From Plasmodiophora brassicae (Eukaryota): a DNA stretch of 64,000 nucleotides. The DNA is taken from the NCBI GenBank assembly GCA_036867785.1, contig CP145417.1, positions 124,001 to 188,000 of the forward strand. Reading direction: 5' to 3'. The notes under the pieces were generated by a model. It was not told the DNA's origin. It ran no database searches and worked only from the letters and a program-made list of their open reading frames with translations. This document shows, one piece after another, positions 46,342 to 57,118 of this stretch. Numbering within the stretch: position 1 is the stretch's first letter; each line of letters opens with the position of its first letter. The translations under genes were made by a program, and so were the position numbers.

Positions 46342-48666
46342 TTATCGCCGGGCAATGAAGCCATTGTCCGCAGCATTCTGCTGGAACTCATTGTGCAAAT
46401 CGACCAGGAATTCGTGGACGCTCGGCGGTACGATGCGTTGGGCGGGCTCCGGTGCCGACATGTTGTGCGCTATCATCTCCAGGTGGCAAAGAACGTCGTC
46501 GAACTTGTGGGGAACGTCGGGGCGCCTCCACACCTCGTCCTGAGCACAGGACAGGAAATACGCCGCTGTACGACCCAGGCTCCACATGTCGGAGGCCGCC
46601 GAATAGACGCCGGCGTCCAGCGCTTCCGGCGCGATGTACCCTTGGGTACCGGCGCCGGGTCGCATCTCCACGCCCGTCTGCGGGTCGTCCACACGGCACG
46701 CCAGATCGAAATCGGTCACCCGCCAACCTTGCACGGCGACGCTGTACATGATGTTGTTCGGGTTAATGTCGCGGTGGACAATGCCGGCGCGAGATAACGT
46801 GCCGAGTGCGGCCAAGCCGTCGATAAAGAAGCGCACAAGCACCAAGCCGATGTCGTTAACTGACAACTGCCCGAAATCGACGTCGTCGAGGCGCTCTTCA
46901 ACAAGAACGACGCCGCCGCCGTTGCTGCGCGGCAAGACGATGGACCCGAACAGGCGTGCGACGCCGTCGCCCTGCGAGTCCCGCATGAGCGCGGGCTCTT
47001 CGGCGGCGCTGCCCATCTTCTGTTTGACGGCGAGGTCATCGACGAGCGCGACAGACGCAGCTTGGCGAGTACGACTTGGTCCGTCGGAGCGTCCGCGTTT
47101 GCGCGGTGGACAACCAGATGAACTCGTGCGCGGACTCCCTGCTTTTTTCGCCGGCGTTCGCTGCGAATGCGGCCGCTTCGCCGTGGATGGCCGCGATGAC
47201 GGTGGGGGGCCAAACGATTTCGGATACGGAAACACGTCCTCGACGTCGCCATGCGACAGCATCGCGTGGTAGACACTGGCCTGACGACGCACGGCGTCGC
47301 AAAAGGAGGACAATGAGCGGAGCCGGTTCAGGACGTCGGCTTGTTGCGGCGCCGGATCAGGAGGGGGTCCTGTGCGAGCGACTGCAGCGGCGGCCGATGC
47401 GACGCGATGCACCAACTCCGTGAGGAACGCCTCATTGTCGCGGTCCAACGACTGCGGCGCCTCAATGTCGCTGTAGACACCCTGGAGCTGCACTGCTTCA
47501 TGCGAAGGCGTCCGTACGAAGGATCGCCAGGTCGGGTCGCAGCGAGCAACGAACGACACACGGCCCGCATCGTGGTCGTTATCAAAAATCGGAATCATGA
47601 CAACTGGCTGGAATTGGAACGCGCCGACAAGCAACCCGAACTGGCGCAAGCTGCTCCGTTCGCCGACAGGACGACGTCGAACAGAACCGATGCGTGCAAG
47701 CAGCGTCACCGCCATCATGACGAGCAATTTGCGGAAATCCTTATGATCTTCTTCGTTCCCGACGGCGTGCGCCGATACCTCGACCAGAAGCAGAGGCAGC
47801 TGCCGTGCTCTGGCGACACGATCCTCATCGTTGTTATCCGGAGCCAGCATGCACGCGTAGTCAGCGAACTGCGGGGAGTACCCCTCGATCACGCCGGCCA
47901 TAGACAGCTCCAACACCGACGTCAACAGCGGTGTGGTCAGCGGACGCAGCAATGCGTTAAGGAGCCGGTCCCATAAGCGGCAGTGGAACTGCAGCTCTTG
48001 CCGCGCGCCGCTCAGGGTCGATTGCTGAAACTCGACGACGACACCGATGGCGACCTCCCGACAGTACTGGACGTACTGATTCTTGATGATATCACCACCG
48101 TTGTTGACGTCGAGCGACCGCTTGACCATGCGCGATGGGAACCAGTCTTCGTCTGGCAGCAACGCCATCATTGTGTCGCCGTCTCCTGAGACCTCGTTCT
48201 GCCAGGCGATGCTCCCATACGCGTCACGGTTGAAGTTGGGAACCAGCTGCTGCAGCGCATAGTCTGAGACGACGCCAAATTGCGACAGGGAATACGCCCG
48301 AGACAGGGACGCCAACAGGAACTGATTGCGCTGCATGGACGGCCTCAACTTGCTATACTCGTGGGCGGCGGTGTCGGACGCAGCGGCTGCCAGATCACCA
48401 CGACGGTACTGCGGTGGCAAGGCAGGTATATCGGCAGCGGCCCGCAGTCGGTCGTTGTACATCTGAATCAGCATGTTGGCGTGCTGTTCGGACCGCCGAT
48501 CAGCGGGCAAACCCTGTATCGCTTGACGATACAGCCAAGTTTGGTCCATGTCGACGCGTGGGCTTTCACGATAGACGGCGACGACCCGCATTAGATCATC
48601 GACACACTCGTTGAGCCATGATGACGACGAGGGCGACAGCGGTGCCGACGACGACGATGACGCCAT
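46342..48666 (-). CDS. REase-like + kinase, copy 4 (774 aa)
   Basis: Intact ORF. Confidence 0.85.
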   Translation of the reverse strand: MASSSSSAPLSPSSSSWLNECVDDLMRVVAVYRESPRVDMDQTWLYRQAIQGLPADRRSEQHANMLIQMYNDRLRAAADIPALPPQYRRGDLAAAASDTAAHEYSKLRPSMQRNQFLLASLSRAYSLSQFGVVSDYALQQLVPNFNRDAYGSIAWQNEVSGDGDTMMALLPDEDWFPSRMVKRSLDVNNGGDIIKNQYVQYCREVAIGVVVEFQQSTLSGARQELQFHCRLWDRLLNALLRPLTTPLLTSVLELSMAGVIEGYSPQFADYACMLAPDNNDEDRVARARQLPLLLVEVSAHAVGNEEDHKDFRKLLVMMAVTLLARIGSVRRRPVGERSSLRQFGLLVGAFQFQPVVMIPIFDNDHDAGRVSFVARCDPTWRSFVRTPSHEAVQLQGVYSDIEAPQSLDRDNEAFLTELVHRVASAAAAVARTGPPPDPAPQQADVLNRLRSLSSFCDAVRRQASVYHAMLSHGDVEDVFPYPKSFGPPPSSRPSTAKRPHSQRTPAKKAGSPRTSSSGCPPRKRGRSDGPSRTRQAASVALVDDLAVKQKMGSAAEEPALMRDSQGDGVARLFGSIVLPRSNGGGVVLVEERLDDVDFGQLSVNDIGLVLVRFFIDGLAALGTLSRAGIVHRDINPNNIMYSVAVQGWRVTDFDLACRVDDPQTGVEMRPGAGTQGYIAPEALDAGVYSAASDMWSLGRTAAYFLSCAQDEVWRRPDVPHKFDDVLCHLEMIAHNMSAPEPAQRIVPPSVHEFLVDLHNEFQQNAADNGFIARR

Positions 48667-50354
48667 TGATGATGATGATGCGTTGCGGAATGCGCAATGG
48701 CCAAGTCCGTGGAGCGAGCAGCCTCTCAGAGAACACGCGCGTTGTACGTGGCTTGCAAACTGACGGGACTATGGAAGACGTGGAGTCGGGTCTGGTCCCG
48801 AAATCACGCAACCCTGGATGACTTACATGTCGCTCGGACGCTCCAGGAACGGCCTCATTCGCTCATCGTGCGTGCGCAGCACCGAGGTCGACGCGCACGC
48901 GCAGATGTCCCGTCGGGCTAGCTCCAACAACATGTCGCTGCGATACGCCGACAATACCAGGGTCGGCTCATTTCATGGCCGCCCGACATGCCGTTGTCTT
49001 CATCATCACACGGCAGGTCGTCCCTGACGACGCGCCTGCCTGCACCTGGGTCGACTTCGCCGCCGACCAGTGACATTCCCCAACAGACCCAATACGATCT
49101 CAACACGTCCTGCTGGACGCTTGACTTCGCGCGCGTCATCGAACTCATTAGTCGCATGTAACACGTCGCGTCAAGCACGTCTGGGAGGATGCCCTGCACC
49201 TCGCCGCCGGGTACGAATCGTCGCCTCAGGCACTGACCCAGGCCGTCTAACTCGTGCTGGACAGGGTACGCCTGCTGTCGCCTGCCATCTCCCGTCCAGC
49301 ATCAGCCGCAGCGGGGCAGCGGCGTCCTGCCGGGCCTGGCCGGGTCCAGCACCGCGCTGGCCTGATCCTCAGCGGAGGTGACGACCTGGCCACCCGCCGG
49401 TCGCTGCGATCGGTCTGGCGCGCCCTGACCTGCACCATGCATCGATGTGTGTGCCGAATCACCAAGAGCGCCACTGAGGTCGCCGTCCGTCCGCCTGGCG
49501 AGCGTCGCTTGCCTGTCCTGCAGATCGTCCCGCAGACCAGCGGTGCCCAGCGCCTGTTGCCGCCGGTCGACATGCGAACGCGTGCCTGCCGTCGAAGACC
49601 CGCCGCCATCCCGGCCGTCACATCTTCACTTGTTGAACCGTTCAATACAAGCAGACGAAGTACGTCTACACGTTCGTGTCCCGCGCCTGCATGTCGTCCT
49701 GGCGTCAGCCGGCACCGAGCGGCAGCGTTCGAAGAAAACGGTGCAGGGGGGACGGGGCCCGTTGCCGGGCATGGGCTCCGTCGTCTCCCGCCACCTGCCG
49801 GTCGATCATGGCAAATTATGGCCGATCAGACCACTCCAGCGACGTAAGCAGGTCGTGCATGGCCGCGAGTAAGCAGGTCGGGCATGGCCGCGGGCAGGTA
49901 CAACAGTACCTGTCACCCGATTTCCAGGCGGAGTGAACTTGCCAAGAATGTCAAGCTATCCTCGCATTTCAGTCTTCATGGCGGATGTACACAGCTACAC
50001 GCGCCTTTGTTGTCTTGTCCGCCGATGAAATGACTGTGTATGTTTGGTCTACACTGTCCAAGTATAATTAAAATAATTACTGTAATTACAACATGAATTA
50101 ACGTAATTACGTAATTAAGATCGGCCCAGGCCGTAATTAAACCGCCCTGCCGACATCCCCTGAGTCTGACAGTAGGACGCAAAGCGCCAGTGTCCCGCCC
50201 TGGCCGATTTGGATGGCGAACGAACCCCGTTACCGTTCCACGCAACGACGGTGGTGCCGCACGTGACATGCGTGCGCCAGCGGTTCGATCAGGAGCCGAA
50301 GGTGGATCTTTCAAAATACGTAGCGCACTGGTGTTGGTTGGCTGATCGGATCGG

Positions 50355-51806
50355 TTGATTGCGCGGCCCGACATCGATCGGGTTCGGGTCGCTTGTGTTT
50401 TGTGGATGGATGACGATATACGTCAGAGTTCGTTGCCATCCCCAGCCCATTGAGCAAAGGTCGGCGCCAATCAACGTCAAGGCATGGGCCGACTCCGTGG
50501 CGGGCGTCGTCGACGCGGCCGACGTCCTGACGACGTCAACAGGGCCATCTGCAACATCCTACACTGTCGGCCGACGACGCTTGTCTTCGACATCCGTTGT
50601 CCTCGATGGCATGCCGCGCCTGCCTGCTCTGTCTGCGCCCGCGCCGACGTCGCCGCCGACCAACTGCACGAGCCAATAGATTGGCTGCGACCACAACTCG
50701 TCCTGCAGGGTGTCTACTGGCGCGCCAGGTACGGCAGGTCTGATATCGTGCACCTGCGGGACGGATGCGAGTTGTCGCCTGGCTCCTGGATATCGGGCGT
50801 TCTGGACTGGGATTCGCCTGCCGCCGTCAGGCCAGTGTGAGGCCCTGCCGAAAACTGGCCAATGCATCCGCTCTTGTACGACATGCTGGACCATTAACCT
50901 ACAATCTCTGCTGACATCCCTGGCATTCTGGCAGGCACAGGCTATGCTGGTAAGAATCCTGCCGAGAACCGTGTCACCGCTGATGACCCCGTGATTCTGA
51001 CCATGATCCACAGACGTACCGTCAGCCAGGTCCTGACCTTGTTGGAATTCGGGTGACGTTAGTCGTCGCGTAATCCAGTTCCAGCCCTTGTTGGCGTTCA
51101 CGTGACGACGATCTACTTGAACGACTCCATTCTGGTATGCTGCCCGTCGTTTACCATTAGCAGCGCTTCTGAACGGTTCTGCTTCTATTGCAGGGACCGC
51201 CCTGGACGCGCCCGCCGCCGCACGACGATATGACGCTTGACGTATGTTACCCGTCTATCCCTATCGTTGCCCTAATGTGAGCACGCCTACTGCAGCACTG
51301 TCGCCCGTTCGGACCGTGATCGTGCATCTAGCTGCGCCACGTCTGGTATATGGCCTGTCTGAGCAACGGCCACGTGCCGTCAGTGGCATGGCACATACAA
51401 AGCCAACCCGCCACGTCACTCGGATCGCCGTCCTGCATGTTGCTCCTGACCCGGCTGGCGGCCCTGCGTGCTCGGGCGCAGAGGTCGGCGCCATGAAACG
51501 GCGCTGATGCCCCGGGAGCCACAAGGACCAGAACACGTCCTGCTGGGCGCCTGACAACAAACCCATACGTCCGGACGAACGCGCTGCGCCCCCATAACCG
51601 GTACGGTTCCTCCTCTAAGGCACAGAACCAGGTCTTCTAATACGTGCTGGGCAGGACACGCCTACCGTCTCCCGTCCGTCCAGCATGGGCACCTGCAAGG
51701 CAGCAGTCGTCCTGCGTAGGCGAGTCGGGGCGAATTCAACGTCGTGCCGACCCGGCTTGTTAGCTGTGGCGGCACGCCGATCGTTGTAATCGGTCGCGCG
51801 CGCTCC
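50355..51806. repeat. ~1.45-kb direct repeat, copy 2
   Basis: Near-identical to 44465-45915. Confidence 0.92.
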
Positions 51807-53556
51807 TGCCCTGCACCGTTTCTCGATGGTGGGGCTTTCAAGCGAGGACGTCGTCGAGCATCCAGCGGGGCGTCGGAGCCCAGGGCCCCTTGCGGCCGGT
51901 CGACTTACGAAGGCCTGCCTGGCGTCGACGACCCGGCCGTCGTCAGCCCTGCCGGGCATACCGCGTCAACCAGGCGAGTTCAGCACCAGTCGGTGATGCC
52001 GTCGCGCGCGTTCAACAACACTGTAGATTGTCCTGGCGTGTAACGACGCGACCCGCCGTCAGCCCTGCCGGGCGTACTGCCACCATATGTTTTCAATACA
52101 AACAGACAATGTTGGGACGCGCGTACGCGAGTCACTGGAGATCTGCCTGGCGCCTGGCGGCTCAGAACGGCTATCATTGGTCAAGTGGGCACACGTCGAC
52201 GATTGAGAGTGGCGACGTCGCCCTGGGCAGCTTACCTAAACTGCAATCGGTCGCATGCGCCCCTGTTTAGGAAAATGCATCGATGGCAGAGCTTCCAGCC
52301 CTGCAGGACGTTTAGCACGAGAGCGGCTGTCAGTGTCCATGGCCGTCGAAGACGTAATCTGCCTCGTACTGCTCATACACGTTGCACACCCAGTTAACGT
52401 TCTGGGCAGCGCTGACGGCGTTCATTTCGCGAAGGAGTGACAGCAGGAGATCCGACGCAGCACGAGGTGGTTGCCTTGAGTACATGAGGGCGTTGAACGC
52501 GCGGGCGCAGGGCGCGTCGCCGCCGGTCACCTTCCGGAAAGCTCGGCAACGTCGCATGATCTGGACCGGCGCGATCGCGTAGCAGATGTTGAGACAGCGC
52601 TTCGTGCCGCGCTCGTAATTCAGTATACCGTTCGGCAACAAGCGATCCGGATCCAGTTGCTGTGGCACGACCACGTGTCAGATGGGCTAGCGCGAAAGTA
52701 AATACAGCACAAACTGGCGGAGCGTTCTGTGGACGGTCGGAATCGTCATAGCCGACGGGCGGCGACTCAGGTATAGTCTGATTCCAGGCAGTGTGTCATA
52801 CCGGGAAGTATTGTCCCATCGCACAACTGTTCGTATAACATTCTGCGGATGAGCGTCCTGTGAGTTGACGTCGGCGTGACTATATTTCGTTCGAGCCTAA
52901 ATGAGAACGTCCGTCATCGTCACGACACAATAAGTGCCCAGAGCCAAGTACTAACTGCTGACGGGCTTGTCGTCGTGGAACGTTGCTTAGGACGCTTGAC
53001 AGCACATTGTGTTCGCTTCTCCTGCGGTCCAACATCCATCGTCAGGACACACATCTGCGCACCTGGCCAAACGCTGTTAACCTGTGTTTCCCGCGAGGTC
53101 GACTGGCAGAGCTCGGATGTTGCCCTCGTGGAATCGTCGCTCACGTCGTCGGAGCTCGACATCGAATGCGCGTCGGCAGCAGCCTGTAGGAAACACAGTT
53201 AGTACAGTGATCCGTGCGCAGCAAAGCATTCAGCGACGAACGATTCGCCTGCGTTTGGCTGCTGCGAGGCTCTGCAAGGTGACGGCGCGACGACTGCTCT
53301 TGGTTCGACGCGCAGGTCCATCGCCATCGCCAGCAGCATCAACGGTCTCGTCACCGTGGTCGGCTTGGTTGCCGCGGCGCTGGCGAATGGCGGCAACGTA
53401 CGCGCCCACCATGTCGTCGATGATGGCTTGACATCTCGACGACCCTTGCTGAGACATCGGTCTTGACCGGGAGTCTAGGACAACCAGTTCGAACGCGTGG
53501 ACCATGTAATCATGTGCACGCCTCGAGGTCAGGCCGATCTCGACGAGCTCGCGCCT

Positions 53557-53660
53557 CTGGCGTTCTGCTGGCTGAACCTTCGGTCCTCGGACCCGAGACC
53601 GAGCTAGTCGCCTGCGTAAAAGCGCGAAGCACAAAAAAACTAAACTAAACTAAACTAAAC
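53557..53660 (+). mobile_element. SINE 3' terminal fragment with (AAACT)n tail
   Basis: Matches the SINE 3' end; followed by CTCTTCAGTGAACG. Confidence 0.82.
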
Positions 53661-53942
53661 CTCTTCAGTGAACGCCTGTTTGCGAGTCGCAGCTCGCCCA
53701 TCAATTAGCATGTCCAGAGACGCACAAGGGGCATCGTGTCGTCTGCCCGTTCGATGGTTGCCGAAGAGCGGCCTATGTGATTGGCGCCTCGGCGGGAAGG
53801 AGTCGTTGTATCCTGCCCTCTTGGCGCCGAGTTCGACGCTGATGACAAACAATATAAAGGATCAACCAGTACGAAGAGAGAGTATTCGAGCATCAGTCAT
53901 CTTCGCTTGACGTTCCCCCTTCACGCTTCCAACCCGTTGCTA

Positions 53943-54408
53943 GCAACCATCCCCAGAAGTGTCATACAGATGGAAGAGCACGTCGCCGTCACCGATGTTC
54001 TCCAACGCTTCTGGTATAATGGCACCTGAGTAGAGAATTGCACCCGGAAGAGCGAGGAACTTGGACTCGGGCTTGTCATTCTTGGTGACGCGGACCCAGC
54101 CGCCATGAAGCACAGGACCGTGTTTCGACCGGAGGACGCCACATTCCGACGTCTGGGTGTTGAGGTCCCCTGGCAGCGCAATAATACACGGAGGCGTTGG
54201 AATGTGGCGTCCTTCTGCGATCTACACACGGTCCTGTGCTTCATGGCGGCTGGGTCCTCGTCACCAAGAATGACGAGCCCGGGTCCAAGTTCCTCGCCCT
54301 TCCGGGATACAATTCTCTACTCAGGTGCCACTATACCAGAAGCGCTGGAGAACATCGGTGACGGCGACGTGCTCGTCGATCTGTACGACACGTTCTGGGG
54401 ATGGTTGC
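53943..54408. repeat. Long imperfect inverted repeat (fold-back)
   Basis: Arms 53943-54154 and 54192-54408, spacer ~37 bp. Confidence 0.92.
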
Positions 54409-54605
54409 GAGAGACGCAGGGCGACGCATGACAAGATCCGACAGGTTTGCAAAATTGCGTACCCGTAAAGTTCGATGCGCTGTGCCCCCCGCATCCGACG
54501 CAGTTTGTGAGGACATTGGGGGGCATGGCGCATCGAACTTTAAGGTAGCCCGCAAAGTATGAGCAGTTTGATGCTCTGCGGTGGAGACCAGAAAGTAGAA
54601 CGGAG

Positions 54606-54866
54606 ATGCTTTTACTCTTTCGCCAACGTTCCTCCCACTGTGACGGTCTCTGCTTCATCGTCGACCGCGAAGAGATGATCCGTCTGGCTTGCTGTTCCGA
54701 TGGCCATCCCGCACTGCAGATCGAGGACACTGTCCGCCTTGTTGGCAAGATCCGCAAGGAGCCCGAGGTATCCGTCAGAACGATGGCAGCGACGGACTGG
54801 GAACAACATCACGATTATGCTGTTGAGCTTCCGCGGAATCTGTACCCGAGGTCGGAAGAAGAGTAG
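54606..54866 (+). CDS. Possible last exon of a small OB-fold-like protein
   Basis: IEDTVRLVGKIR..VSVRTM is reminiscent of OB-fold strands; no clear start found. Confidence 0.25.
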   Translation: MLLLFRQRSSHCDGLCFIVDREEMIRLACCSDGHPALQIEDTVRLVGKIRKEPEVSVRTMAATDWEQHHDYAVELPRNLYPRSEEE

Positions 54867-54979
54867 GTCACTGGAGTATCGACTGGAGGCTGGAAGCCTG
54901 GAACAGAAAGAAGCCGGTGGTGCGCTGCTTCAACGCTGATGCGCAGTCCGTGGCCGACGCTCGCACGCGCTCTGCGGTG

Positions 54980-56609
54980 ATGACGACGACGACGATACCG
55001 GACGAGTACATGGCCGCATCGGCCATGTGCACCGCTGCCATGTTCGCCTCGTCATCCGCGCTCGATTCAGTGTTCCCTGTCGACAGGCGTGCCAATGAGG
55101 TTTGGTGTTGCACGGGGTGGCATCCGTGCCCGATATGTGATCGTGTGGTCCACCCGTAGATCCGTGTGCAGGCCAAGATTGCCTCGCAGTATGGCGCTGC
55201 CCGACCTGCTCAACCTACGCCAAGGCCAACGGAGGAGTCGGCGTCTGGCACCAGTGCGCCGATGCCGGTGGAATCGCAAGTGGAACCCATGGCGAAACAG
55301 TCGTCCAGTGCGCTGATCACTCGTGAGACCCGTCGGGATAACCAGTCGCTGATTACGACCGGTCGTAATCGTCCTCGACTGGACGTGCGGCCACAATGGC
55401 ATGCGCCATGGAAACTCATGCGAGTCATCAGTGGGCACACTGGATGGGTTCGCTCCGTCTCCGTTGATGTCTCCAACGAATGGTTCGCGACGGGATCGGC
55501 GGACAGGACCATCAAGATCTGGGACCTGGCCAGCGGGCAGCTGAAGCTCACCCTCACTGGTCATGTGCACACGGTTCGTGGCGTGGCCATCTCCGCCAGG
55601 CACCCGTACCTGTTCAGGTACGGCTATGTCCTGCTCTTCGTAAGAACCACGGTCTAACCTTTGCCGCAGCGTTGGCGAGGATAAGATGGTGAAGAACTGG
55701 GACCTTGAAACAAACCGCGTCATTCGTTCATACCATGGGCACCTGTCGGGCGTCTACACGTCAGTGATGCTGTGCTGTGTGCTGTGCATGCCCTTGACTG
55801 GTGATGTGGCGCAGATGTGCACTGCACCCGACGCTGGATATCTTAGTGACCGGGGCGAGGGATAGCACGGCGCGAGTCTGGGACATGAGGACCAAGGCGC
55901 AGGTTCATGTGCTGTCTGGACACTCGCACACGGTGGCTTCCGTGGTTTGTCAGGCCACCGACCCGCAAGTCATCACCGGATCGCACGATTCCACGATCAG
56001 GCAGTGGGACCTTGCATCGGGTCGAACGCAAACGGTTGCATCCGCTGTTCGCTCCTGGACTTGGACGGTTGCTTATCAAGTGGTGTTTACTCCAGGTACT
56101 GACACATCATAAGAAATCCGTCCGCGCCCTGGTGTCGCACCCGGAAGAGTACACGTACGCGTCGGGCGCCCCGGACAACATTAAAGTATGGCAGTGCCCG
56201 AACGGCGTCTTCCTTCGGAATGTCACCGGGCACAATGCCATCGTGAACGCACTCGCCATCAACAGCGAGAACGTGCTCGTGTCGGGCGGCGATGATGGCT
56301 CCCTGAAGTTCTTCGACTGGAAGTCGGGGTACAACTTCCAGAGCATGAACTCCATCGTACAGCCTGGCTCGCTCGACGCCGAAGCAGGTATGTTCCAGTA
56401 TGCTGGTTGTGCTGGACACGCAACCAGTGACATGCGCGTCGACAGCGATCTACGCGATGCAGTTTGACCAGACGGGCACTCGCCTGATCACATGTGAAGC
56501 GGACAAGACCATCAAGATCTGGCGGGAGGACCCCGACGCATCCGAAGACACGCACCCGATCGATATGGAGCAGGTGCGCCTCAACGCTAAACGACGTGAC
56601 ATGTATTAA
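54980..56609 (+). CDS. PLRG1: Pleiotropic regulator 1 / Prp46 WD40 splicing factor, multi-exon
   Basis: [60 protein letters not shown]. Confidence 0.95.
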
Positions 56610-57118
56610 ACAACATTTGTGAATGCTATCTCGTCGTGAAGCGACAAGACCATAAAGATAGCGGACCATGATCTGCGTCGTTGACAAGACGACGATCGAG
56701 AACCGGTATCGTTAGACAGACGTACGCGAATCCGTCCGACGATTGTAGAGCAGGGCCCGCGATCGTCACTGCCGTCGTCGACGTCGCCTGTCGGGCTACA
56801 AAGGACCAGCGGGGACGTTGCAGGACAACCTTGCCGCCCAGTTCGGCTTGGTTCTGCGGGTTCTGGTTCGAAACCAAACCGCGCCGACCCGAGCTACAGG
56901 TAGGTAGTTGCTACGCGCTGATCACGGTTGCTCCTGTCCAGTCGGGAAAGTGCGCCACTGACCCCGCGCAAAATTTGGATGTTTGCGCGGCGGGGCATTG
57001 CGCGAGTGCGGCCTGACCTGGCCTGGTCTGCTCCGCGAGCCGCCATTTCCCAATCGCCCGGCAGTACCCGACAAGCGCACGCTACTCCCGCATTACTATA
57101 TATCCTACATTGAGGGAC

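Noticed and set aside
52100-52674. Possible ankyrin/BTB-like gene remnant on the minus strand
   Set aside because: Only faint motifs with stops; not supportable by eye.
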